64,000 nt of DNA. Source: Felis catus. Its lineage: Eukaryota. The notes under the pieces are model-generated. The model was not told the origin of the DNA. It was given only the letters and a program-made list of their open reading frames with translations, and made no database searches. Where the stretch lies: the NCBI RefSeq assembly GCF_018350175.1, contig NC_058368.1:164116001-164180000 (forward strand), written 5' to 3'. Positions 28,007 to 39,200 of this stretch are shown piece by piece. The position numbers were made by a program, and so were the translations under genes. The stretch's first letter is position 1. Each line of letters opens with the position of its first letter.

Positions 28007-28030
28007 CCTCTCTCTCTCTGTCTCTCTCTG

Positions 28031-28069
<39 letters not shown>
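28007..28069. repeat. (CT)n microsatellite
   Basis: Direct reading. Confidence 0.95.
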
Positions 28070-28072
<3 letters not shown>

Positions 28073-28380
28073 GAGTCACCACATTGTTTTGCTTTTCTTA
28101 CTTAATCTGGAAGCAGAATAACCAAAATAATTAATATCATTAACAAAAATAGAAATTCTTCCATTTGCATTTTTAAATTCCCTTCATTTTGGTTATTTGT
28201 TGCCTCTTTAGGTGTTTTTCTGAAAAAAGATTCGCATATGGAAGGTAGGTAAATATGAAACTGGCCACATCAGGAGTCAGACAGTTGAGCCTAATGAACG
28301 TGAATTTCTGATTTCTGGGCTGTTTCTTATGCTTCTAAGCATAATGGCAGAAAACCGACTTGTGTTTTTGCTCTTCTTCC

Positions 28381-28544
28381 TTTTTGGTTTTTAATGTGTA
28401 TTTATTTTTGAGAGAGAGGGGGGTGAGGGGCAGAGAGAGGGAGACAGAGCAGAGAACCCAATGTAGCGCTTGAACCCACAAACCATGAGATCATGACCTG
28501 AACTGAAGTAGGACGGTTAACTGACCAAGCCACCCAGGTGTCCC
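28381..28544 (-). mobile_element. Can-SINE, internally deleted
   Basis: TSD ttttgctcttct. Confidence 0.92.
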
Positions 28545-28691
28545 TTTTGCTCTTCTCCCTATACATGAAAAGCCCTGTTGGAATGACATTAGTTTGATGT
28601 CTCTAAATCACATAAAAGTTACTATGTGTGACACATTTTTCCAAATTTTATTTTGCTTTCTAATTCATTTTCAATTTTTTGACACGCATGC

Positions 28692-29046
28692 TGTTAAAGA
28701 CACATACACATAAATATATTTCTATTCCTTTGAGAAGCAAAGCCAGCAAAAGCATATATAAAAAAACGGCCAGCCAGACGTCCAATGCCACATACCTCTG
28801 TTGCATGCCTTTGGCTTCTATAGTCTTGCTTGCCTCTTGCATCAGCCAACTGCCTGCGCAGCACAACCAATATTCCCCCGCCCTGCCACCATGCGGCCAA
28901 TAGAAAGTTTCCAAGTACCCAGAAGCTATCCAGGCATTAAATAAGGCCAGTGCCAAGGCTCGCTGCTCCGCCAATAAACAGTGTTTTCTGATTCCTCGAG
29001 TGTGTGTTGCTTGTCTCTTCCTGGGGGCCGAGAATTTGCTGTAACA
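28692..29046 (+). mobile_element. Young-looking solo LTR, family unknown
   Basis: Inverted termini TGTTA...TAACA; CCAAT at 28867 and 28897; GC box at 28878; TATA-like attaaataa at 28936; AATAAA at 28973; GT-rich U5; CpGs retained. No TSD found. Confidence 0.72.
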
Positions 29047-29139
29047 CTTCTCTGAGCTATTTACTATTTTTTAAGTTCTTGCTATTTCTGAATCAGTTCT
29101 ATAATAATATCTTTATTTTTTTGATACACTTTTTTTCTT

Positions 29140-30260
29140 TAATTAGAATCATCTGAGATTTGTATTGAAGTATGCTAGGAAGTATAAGTCTGACTCTTTA
29201 GAAAAATAATTATTTCATATCATCTATTGAATAATTTACTCCTTTGTTATTGGTATCCATGATCCTTTATATCACATATTAAATTCTTTTGTATATGGAG
29301 GTCTATTTCAGGGTATCTGTGGTTTTCTTTATGTCTGTAAATTTTCATGCCACTATCACACTATCTTATTACTGTAGGTTTTTAATTCACTCTTATGTTT
29401 AGCATAACAAATTTTCCTCCATTATTTTTCTTTGTCAAAGATATATTAACTATTGACCATGTTAATTCCTATATGTAAACTTGAGAATCACTATGCTAAC
29501 TTGAAAACAGTCCATCTAAATCTTATAGGCAATAGCATTAAATCTCTATATGAGTTTGAAAGAATGTGTTCTCCTAAATATATCAATTTTCTGATTTATA
29601 ATAATGAAATGGTTTATGAATTACTCAAATCTTAAAATTTTATAGGTCTTTCATGAAGATCCTACCTAAATTTTGCTTGCTATCTGAAAGGAATTTTTTA
29701 TTATATTTCATAGAAGCTAATTTAAATTATTTGCTTTTATTTTTTTCTTATAAGAGGCTACACTACTTAAAGCCATTATTAACTATAAAATATTATGGTA
29801 GATTATTTGGAGTTTTCTCAATACAGAATTATACCAATGAGAATATTGTTTTCCTCCTTTCTAACTGCTGTATTTTTCTTCCTGTTTCACATCTTTGTGT
29901 ATTTGTTAGAACATTTAGAAAAATGTTAAATAATGTTAGGAAATTCAGTATTTTGATCACTAAAATGATTTTGGTCTGACTTTAAGAGATATAGTGGTGA
30001 CTTGTTCATTTCTTAAAATATGTCTCAAAATTTAGTACTGAATATTACCACGTATCTTTGTGGAGTCTATTGAGGTTATGAAAAGTGTTCCCTTATTTGA
30101 ACATATTGCTGTTAAAAAAGATTTCCTATGATTTGGATTCCTGAATTAAAACAGACTTGGTCATGGTAGATGTACTGTTGAATTCAATATGCTTGTATCT
30201 CATTTAGAAATATTCATATCTGTATTCATAAGTGAATTTCCTTTAAGGTTAGTTTTATGG
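29140..30260 (-). mobile_element. Highly degraded old L1 (L1ME-like)
   Basis: catctattgaataat; ggtctatttcagg; tgccactatcacact; aaaatgttaaataat; catatctgtattcataagtga are antisense ORF2-type motifs. Confidence 0.6.
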
Positions 30261-32462
30261 GTCAAATGTATAATATTAATCAAAGTGAAGTTTAATATTA
30301 ACACAGAATGTAAGTGAATGTAGAATAGCAGGACACGTTCAAACTTTTTAAGCCACTCTCTGTGAGGCATCTGACCATGCTTTTTTCCAGGCAGTGTAGT
30401 TTTGAAAAGCCACACATTTGCATAATGTCTTTGCTGTTGTTCCTTTGTTCTTTGAGTTGTACCAGACTAATTGCTTTAGAAAGTTATTTCCCAAATTCTT
30501 CCCACAGGTAACATTTAGGTAAATAAGGCTCTTCAAAGTTAGAATCAGGGACTTGATACTGTTAGTATACATCCTGGAACATCAAAGAGCAAGGCCCAAG
30601 TCTCTGAAGAAACATAACATCAAAAACTTCTCCTCCCACCACTCCTTCGGTTAATGTCCATTCTGATTAGAAAGGAATCGAGAAGGAACCAGGAAAAAGG
30701 CACTATTGCTGGCAACAAAGTTCTAGGGAAAGGCATTCCTTCACACTGATTCTGATGAGGGAGTTTTATCAGACCATCAGTAAACTCTCTTAAGATTCTT
30801 CCATCCAAAGTCGCTTTTTCCTAGCTTCTTTCTTTAATGATGTATATACCAATTATCTTTTCCTTGGGAACATGAAAGAAGTTACTGATAAAACTTTCTT
30901 TTGAGACATTTTGTAATTCTTTTCATAATTCCATTTTTCCCCCCATGGCCTTTAAGTTTTTTTTAGGTTTTCTACTTCTATTTGAGCTGGATTTTGTAAC
31001 TGTTTTCCCAGAAAGGTGTATGTCTCATTGACATTTTTAAATTTATCATCACGGAATTGTGCATACATAATTTAAAAATCTTGTCTGTTGTTACTTTCAT
31101 AGGTCCTGTGACAATTGATCATTAATTTGGTAAACTATTTCAGGTGGATCCCCCTGAGCTGTAGTTCACTCTGAAGGTTTTGCTGAGATTTTTCCATTAA
31201 TTTCTAATTACAACAGTGGAATTAAATTTCTTTTTATAAGCTTTCTTGTGCTATAGATGGCAGTTATAACTTTGACACCCTTATCATGTCACTTGAATTT
31301 CTGTGTCTGGGTGCTCTGTGGGCACAGAGTCTTTTCTTCATTCAGAGTTCTAAATTTGCCCTTGGCAGTGAGCTGTCTCTGTTTTATGACATGCTGATCT
31401 ATGAGCAATGTCTCTTCTTTGTCTGTTGTTGTAAACAAACCTGGGATGACTGGGAGTATTTCTCCAGTGAATGAATAGTCTGCTTAACATTCTACAGTTT
31501 CAAGTATGACAGTATAAGAGACTCATAAATACCCTGGTTGTCTTGACTCATCACTGACTTTCAGGAAATCATACTTAACTTTCGTATCTTTACTTTGGAA
31601 TGAAAACGTGGAGGTCTTCTGAGAAGCTGGAAAACAATTTCATTGAAAGATGGGGGAATTCTTTGTATTAGCCAGTTATGGAAGTAAAGTATATCTGATT
31701 GTTTTCTACTCTTTTGACTTTCTATTGACCTTTGTTGGATATGAGATTTAATTCCCTCTGTCTCCTCACAGCATATGGTAAATGATTAGGCATCAGTGAT
31801 TCTCATCAATTGTGGAAAATGACAGGACAAACATCATCTGGAGGTGTGAACATTTTTTTTTACGTGTAATGATTGATTTACCATAAGCCAACTACATCCC
31901 TCTGCCTGTTTCCCCTTTTACCAAAGACATGGGTCTGCCAAGCAGCTCATCTCTCCATTTGGGAATGGAATAGTTTTTCTTCCAGTTGGTAATTAAAAAC
32001 CTGATTGCTTTCAGTAGAATCATCTTATGGTATAGAAGTGTAGTCCTCTGATCTCTCTGTTTAAAATTGATCTGTGTTAAAGTAAACCTACCCACTGTTA
32101 TACTGTTTTATTTAATGATAGCCTTTCTTACTAGCTGAAATCCTATTTTATATTTTAATTTATTTATTTGTATTTATTCTATGAAAATATAAGCAAAACA
32201 AGGACTTGTCTGTTTTATTCTCTATCATGTTGCTGTTGTCTAGAATAGTTCCAGGCATTCAGTATTAAATCCTTCCAAACTTTCTGATATATTTGGCCTT
32301 CTTTTTATTGGTGTGGATAAATATTTGTATTTTAAGTTGAACAGTCTCATTTATATGTATGTTAATATTATAAGCTACCTCATATCTCTTTAAATGTACA
32401 GTACAAATAAATAATAAGAAACCAATCAGTATAATGTACTTGCAGATATGGTTTGAACTGTC

Positions 32463-32688
32463 TTTTTAAAAATTTTTTAAAGTTTATTTATTTATTTTGA
32501 GAGAGAAAGAGCGTGCATAAGCGGGTAGGGGGGAACAGAGGGAAAGGGGGAGAGAGAGAATCCCAAGCAATCTCTGCACTGTCTGCACAGAGCCTGATAT
32601 GGGTCTCAGACTCACAAACCCATGAAATCATGACCTGAGCTGAAATCAAGAGTTGGATTCTTAACAGACTGAGCCACCCAGGTGCCCC
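32463..32688 (-). mobile_element. Can-SINE
   Basis: Ends gactgagccacccaggtgcccc. Confidence 0.95.
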
Positions 32689-32739
32689 TGGTTAGTATTT
32701 TTTTAAATTATGTTGTTTTTTTAAAAAAAATGCATCAAG

Positions 32740-33700
32740 AGAGACAGGGAATAGATACTCATGCACTGTTGGTGAACATGTGAATTGGTACAACTATATG
32801 AAGGGCAATTTGGCAGTTTCTAACACAATATAAAATGCACACACCTTTTGACATAGTGATGTCATGATATCAATGTTAGAAATTCTTTTGTTTTATTTAT
32901 TTATTTATTTATTTAATACGAAATTTATTGTCAAATTGGTTTCCATACAACACCCAGTGCTCATCCCAACAGGTGTCCTCCTCAGTGCCCATCACCCACT
33001 TTCCCCTCTCTCCCACCCCCATCAACCCTCAGTTTATTCTCAGTTTTTAAGAGTCTCTTATGGTTTGCCTCCTTCCCTCTCTGTAACTTTTTTTTTCTCC
33101 TTCCCCTCCCCCATGGTCTTCTGTTAGGAATTTCCCCAAGGGATAGGAGTGCTAATGCATAGGGGTACCCCAATATTTATAGCAGCACTTTCAACAATAG
33201 CCAAATTATAGAAAGAACCTAAATGTCCATCAACTGATGAATGGATAAAATAGTTGTGGTTTATATATACAATGGAATACTGCTTGGCAATGAGAAAGAA
33301 TGAAATATGGCCTTTTGTAACAACATGGATGGAACTGGAGAGTGTTATGCTAAGTGAAATAAGTCATACAGAGAAAGACAGATACCATATGTTTTCACTC
33401 TTATGTGGATCATGAGAAACTTAACAGAAGTCAATGTTAGAAATTTTTATAACTATAGTTGTGTCAGTGCACAAGGATTTTTGTAAATGAGTATTTATTT
33501 CAGGATGATTTTAGTAACAGACAAAACAAAAAAACCCCACCCCAAATCTGGAAGAAAATCTAATGACCAAGAATAATTAAAAATTATTATGGGGCATGAT
33601 ATGATTTAAGAATATGAATCAGTTAAGAAAAAAGAAAAGAAGTAGTGCTGTAAGTTCTGACATGAAAAGGTGCTTAAGACACAAATAAGCAAGCTGCACA
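32740..33700 (+). mobile_element. Old L1ME-like fragment hosting a young L1
   Basis: actcatgcactgttggtg...aattggtacaact...gggcaatttggcag...aaaatgcacacaccttttgac. Confidence 0.6.
32885..33430 (-). mobile_element. Young felid L1, 5'-truncated with 5' inversion
   Basis: Antisense polyA plus 3' UTR at 32885-33126, then sense ORF2 tail at 33127-33430; perfect 15-bp TSD tcaatgttagaaatt. Confidence 0.93.
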
Positions 33701-33743
33701 ACAATAGAGTAGTATAGTTTTACTTTTAAAAGGTTTTTATTGT

Positions 33744-33923
33744 GGGGGCACCTGGATGGCTCAGTGAGTTAAGCATCCAACTCTTGACTTTGACTCAGGT
33801 CATGATTTCATGGTTCATGAGTTTGAGTGGACAGTGTGGAGCTGCTTGGGATTCTTTCTGTCCTTTCTCTGCTCCCTCCTCCCCCTCCCCCCCCAAAAAA
33901 AACAAATAAATAAACTTTAAAAA
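33744..33923 (+). mobile_element. Can-SINE
   Basis: gggggcacctggatggctcag head; flanking aggtttttatt duplication. Confidence 0.93.
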
Positions 33924-34104
33924 CAGGTTTTTATTTTCATATGTACATAACAATGATTTAAAAAAATGCTAGTAGGACTACCAAAGAAGTTACATTTTGT
34001 ATTTTAAGGTTATTAAGAACCAGCAGTGTGATGACTTAACTTTTGATGCTTATATCACAGGATCACAAATATTCTCCAGGTTAGTATCTAAGAAATCATT
34101 TAGT

Positions 34105-34889
34105 TGAAGGAGAGGAAGAAATGTTCCTCAGTCCAAGGTTCTTCCAGCTGGACAAAGAATTGAATTAACATGAGAAAGATTAGCAGGAGTAAAAAACAGT
34201 TTTATTATGTGCACATGGAGGCTCAATAATGAAATTGAGTCCTAAAGAAATGACCAAGACAAAGGTGCCTGGGTGGTCAATCGGTTAAGTGTCCTACTCT
34301 GGATTGTAGCTCTGGTCATGATCTCATGGTTAGTGAGAGGCTCATGAGATCAAGCCCCATGTCGGGCTCTGTGCTGACAGCACAGAGTCTGCTTGGGATT
34401 CTCTCTCTCCCTCTCTCTCTGCCCCTCCCCTGCTCATTGTAGCTGTCTCTCTCTTAAAATAAATAAATAAATAAACTTTATAAAAAAAAAAAAAGAAATG
34501 ACCAAGGAGGGTAGTTTTAATACTTTTAAGACCAGGAGGCAATAAATCTGTGAGGAATTGACAGGGCAAAGAAAATTTACCTTTGGAAGATTCACTTAGT
34601 AAGGAATTCTAAACAGAATTGGGCTGAGGTAGTGTATTAGTAAAAAGTAATAAGGGTTTTTGTATGCGGCATTCTTGGCTTCAAATGTCTTCTCTTTGAT
34701 GGTGAGGATGCCTCTTTACCTCCTGGCACAGAGAGGGTACTTTTCACTTGAGAAATTTATTTCCTGCTTCCATGAGGACAGAGAAGGGTCTCAGTGACCT
34801 TCTTGCACAGGCTATTTCTTAATTAACTTTTATCTAACACAATATGCCAAAGTGGCATATTTAGGGGCAGCCTGCCCTTGACCTCTGCA
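34105..34889 (-). mobile_element. MER34-like ERV1 solo LTR interrupted by a Can-SINE
   Basis: TG...CA ends; flanks tagt/taat; colinear with 17995-18509. Confidence 0.83.
34264..34494 (+). mobile_element. Can-SINE inside the LTR
   Basis: TSD aaagaaatgaccaag. Confidence 0.95.
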
Positions 34890-34899
34890 TAATGTAGCA

Positions 34900-35365
34900 C
34901 ATAGGAGTGTGACTTAGGGACTGTAGATAGGACTGATTTTTAGCTATTTCTTTTGATTGCCATGTAATTTAGATTATTACTTAAATTCTCTGAGCCCCAC
35001 TTTCCTAATAGATAAATTGGAGATAGTGAGAATGGTTGATGTGCCTTAAGAGCTTATTATGTGCTTGAATACTTTATCTTATTTAAAGCCTACATCATTA
35101 AGCCCATAAAGAAAGTAATATTATTTCTGTCTTACAGATACAGAAACTGAGGCACAGATAAATTAAGTAACTTGTCCAAATGATATAAACAAGTGTTAGC
35201 CTTGACATTTCAACCCCTACAGACAGACTTTGCATCCTAGCCTTTAAACCAACACGCCATACTGTTCCCTGTCCATACTCCTAGCTTGTTTGCCAGAAAA
35301 ATGATAGTGTATGTGACTATCCTAGTAGAATGTCTGACATGTGGTAAGCTGTCATTAAATATAAT
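34900..35365. mobile_element. MIR fragments (antisense MIR apparently nested in a sense MIR)
   Basis: tacttaaattctctgagcc (sense); ttacagatacagaaactgaggcacaga...taagtaacttgtccaa (antisense); tagaatgtctgacatgtggtaag (sense end). Confidence 0.6.
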
Positions 35366-35629
35366 TATTTTCTTATTCCAGGGATATTGGTACTATGTTC
35401 TTTTGGGGTTAGAGAGCAGAGGACTGAAGAGCCAAGCCTTTGTTTAGTATTTTGGACTTTGACCTCAGACTTAATTAAATTTATGGTTGCAAAAATTAAA
35501 ATTGTACAAAACAGTGATTTATACATTACAATTAAAAAAAAATGACACCCAGGCTGGTTAAGTATTTTCCCCATAATCAACCAGTTAGTGAAAAGCAGAA
35601 CTTTCCTTCATCTTCCTCTCCACTTCCGT

Positions 35630-35703
35630 CCCTACCTCCTTTCCTTCCTTCCTTCCTTCCTTCCTTCCTTCCTTCCTTCCTTCCTTCCTTCCTTCCTTCT
35701 TTC
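35630..35703. repeat. (TTCC)n microsatellite
   Basis: Direct reading. Confidence 0.95.
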
Positions 35704-36061
35704 ATTATTTCTCTCCCTCACTCCTTCTGTCTTTTTCTTTTAGAACGTAGAGTATGTTGGGATGGCTTATACTTGCAACAGGGAAATACGCTACCTTTAA
35801 CATTAAAATCTGAACACCTACTTTAATGAACCCTTAATGAAATTGCTACAAGTTTGGTGAACCCATAGAAATAGCAACATGATTTGGAGCTTGGTCACAG
35901 ATAGGCAGAGGTGGCGATCTGAGGGTGGGAAAGGGTCACTATATGGCTTCTAGCTAGATGACTGCACACCTCCAGTAAGACGAGTGTCAAATAAACTCAG
36001 ATGGAATCCTGGCACTCAGTAGTGGAAGATAAAACAGATCCTGATTAGAAATGTTCAATGC

Positions 36062-36273
36062 AGGTGTCTTAGTTGGTTAAGTGTCTGACTTTGGCTCAGG
36101 TCATGATCTCACGGTTTGTGGGTTCAAGCCCCACCTCAGGTTCTGTGTTGACCACTCAGAGCCTGGAGCCTGCTTCAGAATCTGTGCCTCCTTCTCTGTC
36201 TGCCACTCCCTCCACTCATGCTCTGTCTTTCTCTCTCTCTCAAAAATAAATAAACATTACAAAAATTACAAAG
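36062..36273 (+). mobile_element. Can-SINE
   Basis: ggttaagtgtctgactttggctcaggtcatgatctc; TSD agaaatgttcaat / agaaatgtacaat. Confidence 0.93.
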
Positions 36274-39200
36274 AAATGTACAATTCAGACATCATTATGT
36301 ATTGATGGTAAACATACAGTGATGGTAGCATGTGAGATGGCAATATGCCATGGTTATCACACCTCAGTCTGAAGGAGGTTAGCAGAGCTGTCTGCACAAA
36401 CTTAAGGATGGAAGGTCATAGCTATTAGGAATGTAGTCTAAAAACAGTCCTACATTAACATAGGCCATTATGTAAACAGCAACTCAGAATCCATGTTGGT
36501 TCTTAAACTTTGCCCAATAGCAGAGATGAATGACTACAGGTCTCAGAAATTCATTCCTGAAATGGTTCAAAAATGCTTTAGGAATTGTTCAGCATGAGGC
36601 ACAGCGGTAAGCCCAGGATGTGTTTTTTGGGGGGAAGTGCGGGGATCCAGTGAGGCTACTACCCTACAGTAGTGTTGGACAGGAGCAATCCAACTTTATT
36701 TCCCGATTCTTATGAACCATAAGTGTAATTTGACACAGAGCTCATGTGATAGAATTAATAAACTTAAGTTATGCTTTTATTTCAATTTGGTTGATAAATC
36801 TTTGAAACCTTGATATTTTATTATTTTGCCTTCAGTTTTGCCTGAAGTAAACTTTGGTATAGGATCATTTGATTTTTTTGTGATGTTAATACTACTTCTG
36901 CTAGATATTTATTTTTAGCAATGTTGTCAACTTTTACATGATGTATTTTCTCTGCATCTTTGCAAGTTACATTTTGAGTTTGTAAGGTATACTATTGGTT
37001 CACATTAAATCATTGTCAAATGCATTACCAAACTGCCATCCCAGTTCTTACTCAAAATGTTCAAGGTAGTAACAATTCAGTTTGTTTTCCTAATAGGAAA
37101 AAAAAATAACTAATTTGTAATAATCTCCAAATTGAGGAAGTCAGGAGGGAGAACATATTAATGCATATTTGATGAAATTTAGAACATTAATTAGCTTAGT
37201 CTGTGAGCTGTTACTCAGGTATTGAAAGTAAACCTTTCGTAGAATAGAATGGTGAATATTTGCATTAGAATTCTGTTTTTGTGCCAACTGAATTTATATG
37301 CAACTTTTCTTTTAATTCAAAAAGATGTAGTAATTAGCTCAGCTGATGATCTAGACGTTTGTCACAAGTATTTTTCTTAAGTGAGTTAATTTTTGAGTTG
37401 TGGAAGAAGGCACTAAAGTCTATGATATATTTTTTAGCTTTTTAAAGTTGAAATTACACCAAAATAATTTTTAAATGTTATAAGCTCAAATCCATTCTGC
37501 CTGTAAGTGTATTATAGACACTTTTATAGTTGTATCCTTTTGTACATGAGGATTTTTAATGAAGAGTGTGACAAAGTTGATTTCCCTAGGTGGAACGGAG
37601 TACTGTTTCTAAAAGAAAACACCTCCCCTCCAGCGTCTAAGGGTCTAGAGGTCTGAAAAGGTCTAAAGGTATGGGTTTACCTAATTAAAAGTAAAAATGA
37701 AATAATTAAAGCTAAAAGCTATGAAAATAAAACAGGATGTCTTTTGTTAAAAATAAAACTGATGTGTGAAATAATTAGCAAACATAAAAATGGACTCATG
37801 AATAGAATCCCCTTTTAAATTACATCCGTTTACCTAAATTTTAGTATCAACTATGTTGATATCATGGAGAACTGTCAAGAGAGCTGACATTCTTAGAAGA
37901 CATAACATCCCCTGTAACCTTTAAAGAAAGCTGCTTCTGAAAGCCCTAAAGGCAGACTGGTCAGACTGGCATTTGTATAGTGTGGTGGGAGATGTTAAAA
38001 TAGCAACACACGGAACCCTTTCGAGCAATTTTTATGCCATGGACAGTGAGGCTTTTGGAAAGAAATCTATAAGTAGTGATTTGTCACCACTTATGTAAAG
38101 TGGAATAATTTCAGACAGTCTTTTTTTTTCCGGATCAGAAAGTGCTATGCCCAAAGTGAATAATAAATCAAATTTGAATCCTTTTGTCTTGATATATACA
38201 TCTCTGAGGATATTATTTTTTAAAACTAACATTTATTTCTTCATTCTCCGCAGAACCGAAGTCCAATTTTATAACTTTGCAAATTTTTTCAATCACTTCC
38301 TTTGGTGTAACAATTACAAGTGCAACATATTTGTAATAAAACTGTCAACCATGGTTCAATTCAAAATGTATCATGGGGAAGTCAGGCTTCTGAAGTGGGA
38401 AAAGTCTGGTGCTTTTCTTTGAGAAGCAGTGAAGGTAAACTCACAGGACACTTAAGAATCAAATAGAAATTTCCCAAACTTTGGAAAGTTTGGAATCCAA
38501 CTTTTCCTAATTACAAAGCAAATTTTAAGGGTGCTTATAAACTATTGTCTTCAACTTTTAGAGCCAATATGGTATGTAGTCTACAACTTTTGTTTATGTT
38601 GAAAAAAGATTTGACTGCATACTAGAGAAATAGATGAATAACTATTAATATTTAACCCTCAATTAGCTCTATTTTTAATATCAGTGAGACCTGAGAATCA
38701 TGTGACTCTATGATTTTTTTGTGTCTTTGTGAAGCATAAAAATGAAGTAATCTATCTCCCACCATCTAAAATAGCTCTGGAAGACTTGTAAGTCCTCTAT
38801 TCTGTATATACTTTACATTCGGAATATACTCTGTAAGTATTTACTGAAGCTGTTCTCTTGAGTTTGTACATCAGATATTTAACCTCTTGTGTAAGTTCCC
38901 ACATTTGTTCACAGGATTCACAATTTTAGTTATTTATAATTGAGTGTGTGATGATCTGTAGTGTTCATCTTGTTTAATAATTTAATCTCAACATTAGTTT
39001 ATAAGGTAGATGAAGGAGATATTATATCTAAAGTTTGGGTTTTATAACAGTCAACATTTTGGTTATAGTAGGAAAACAGTCTGAAATTACTGATGAACTT
39101 TTTCTGCCTAAACCAGCAAAACATTGTGCTTGGTTACTGAGGAAGTTCATTGAATATGAAGAATTTTGGATCTGGCAATTCAAGAATACATTAATGGCTA

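Noticed and set aside
28212..28244. 33-nt plus-strand exon candidate (VFLKKDSHME)
   Set aside because: Plausible sites but unrecognised peptide, ambiguous tandem donors and a repeat-dense setting; too weak to report.
17995..34889. Segmental duplication suggested by 18 kb / 34 kb similarity
   Set aside because: Similarity stops at the LTR ends and each copy has separate flanks.
38474..38493. Perfect 9-bp inverted repeat ccaaacttt-gg-aaagtttgg
   Set aside because: Short enough to be a chance occurrence in AT-rich sequence of this length.
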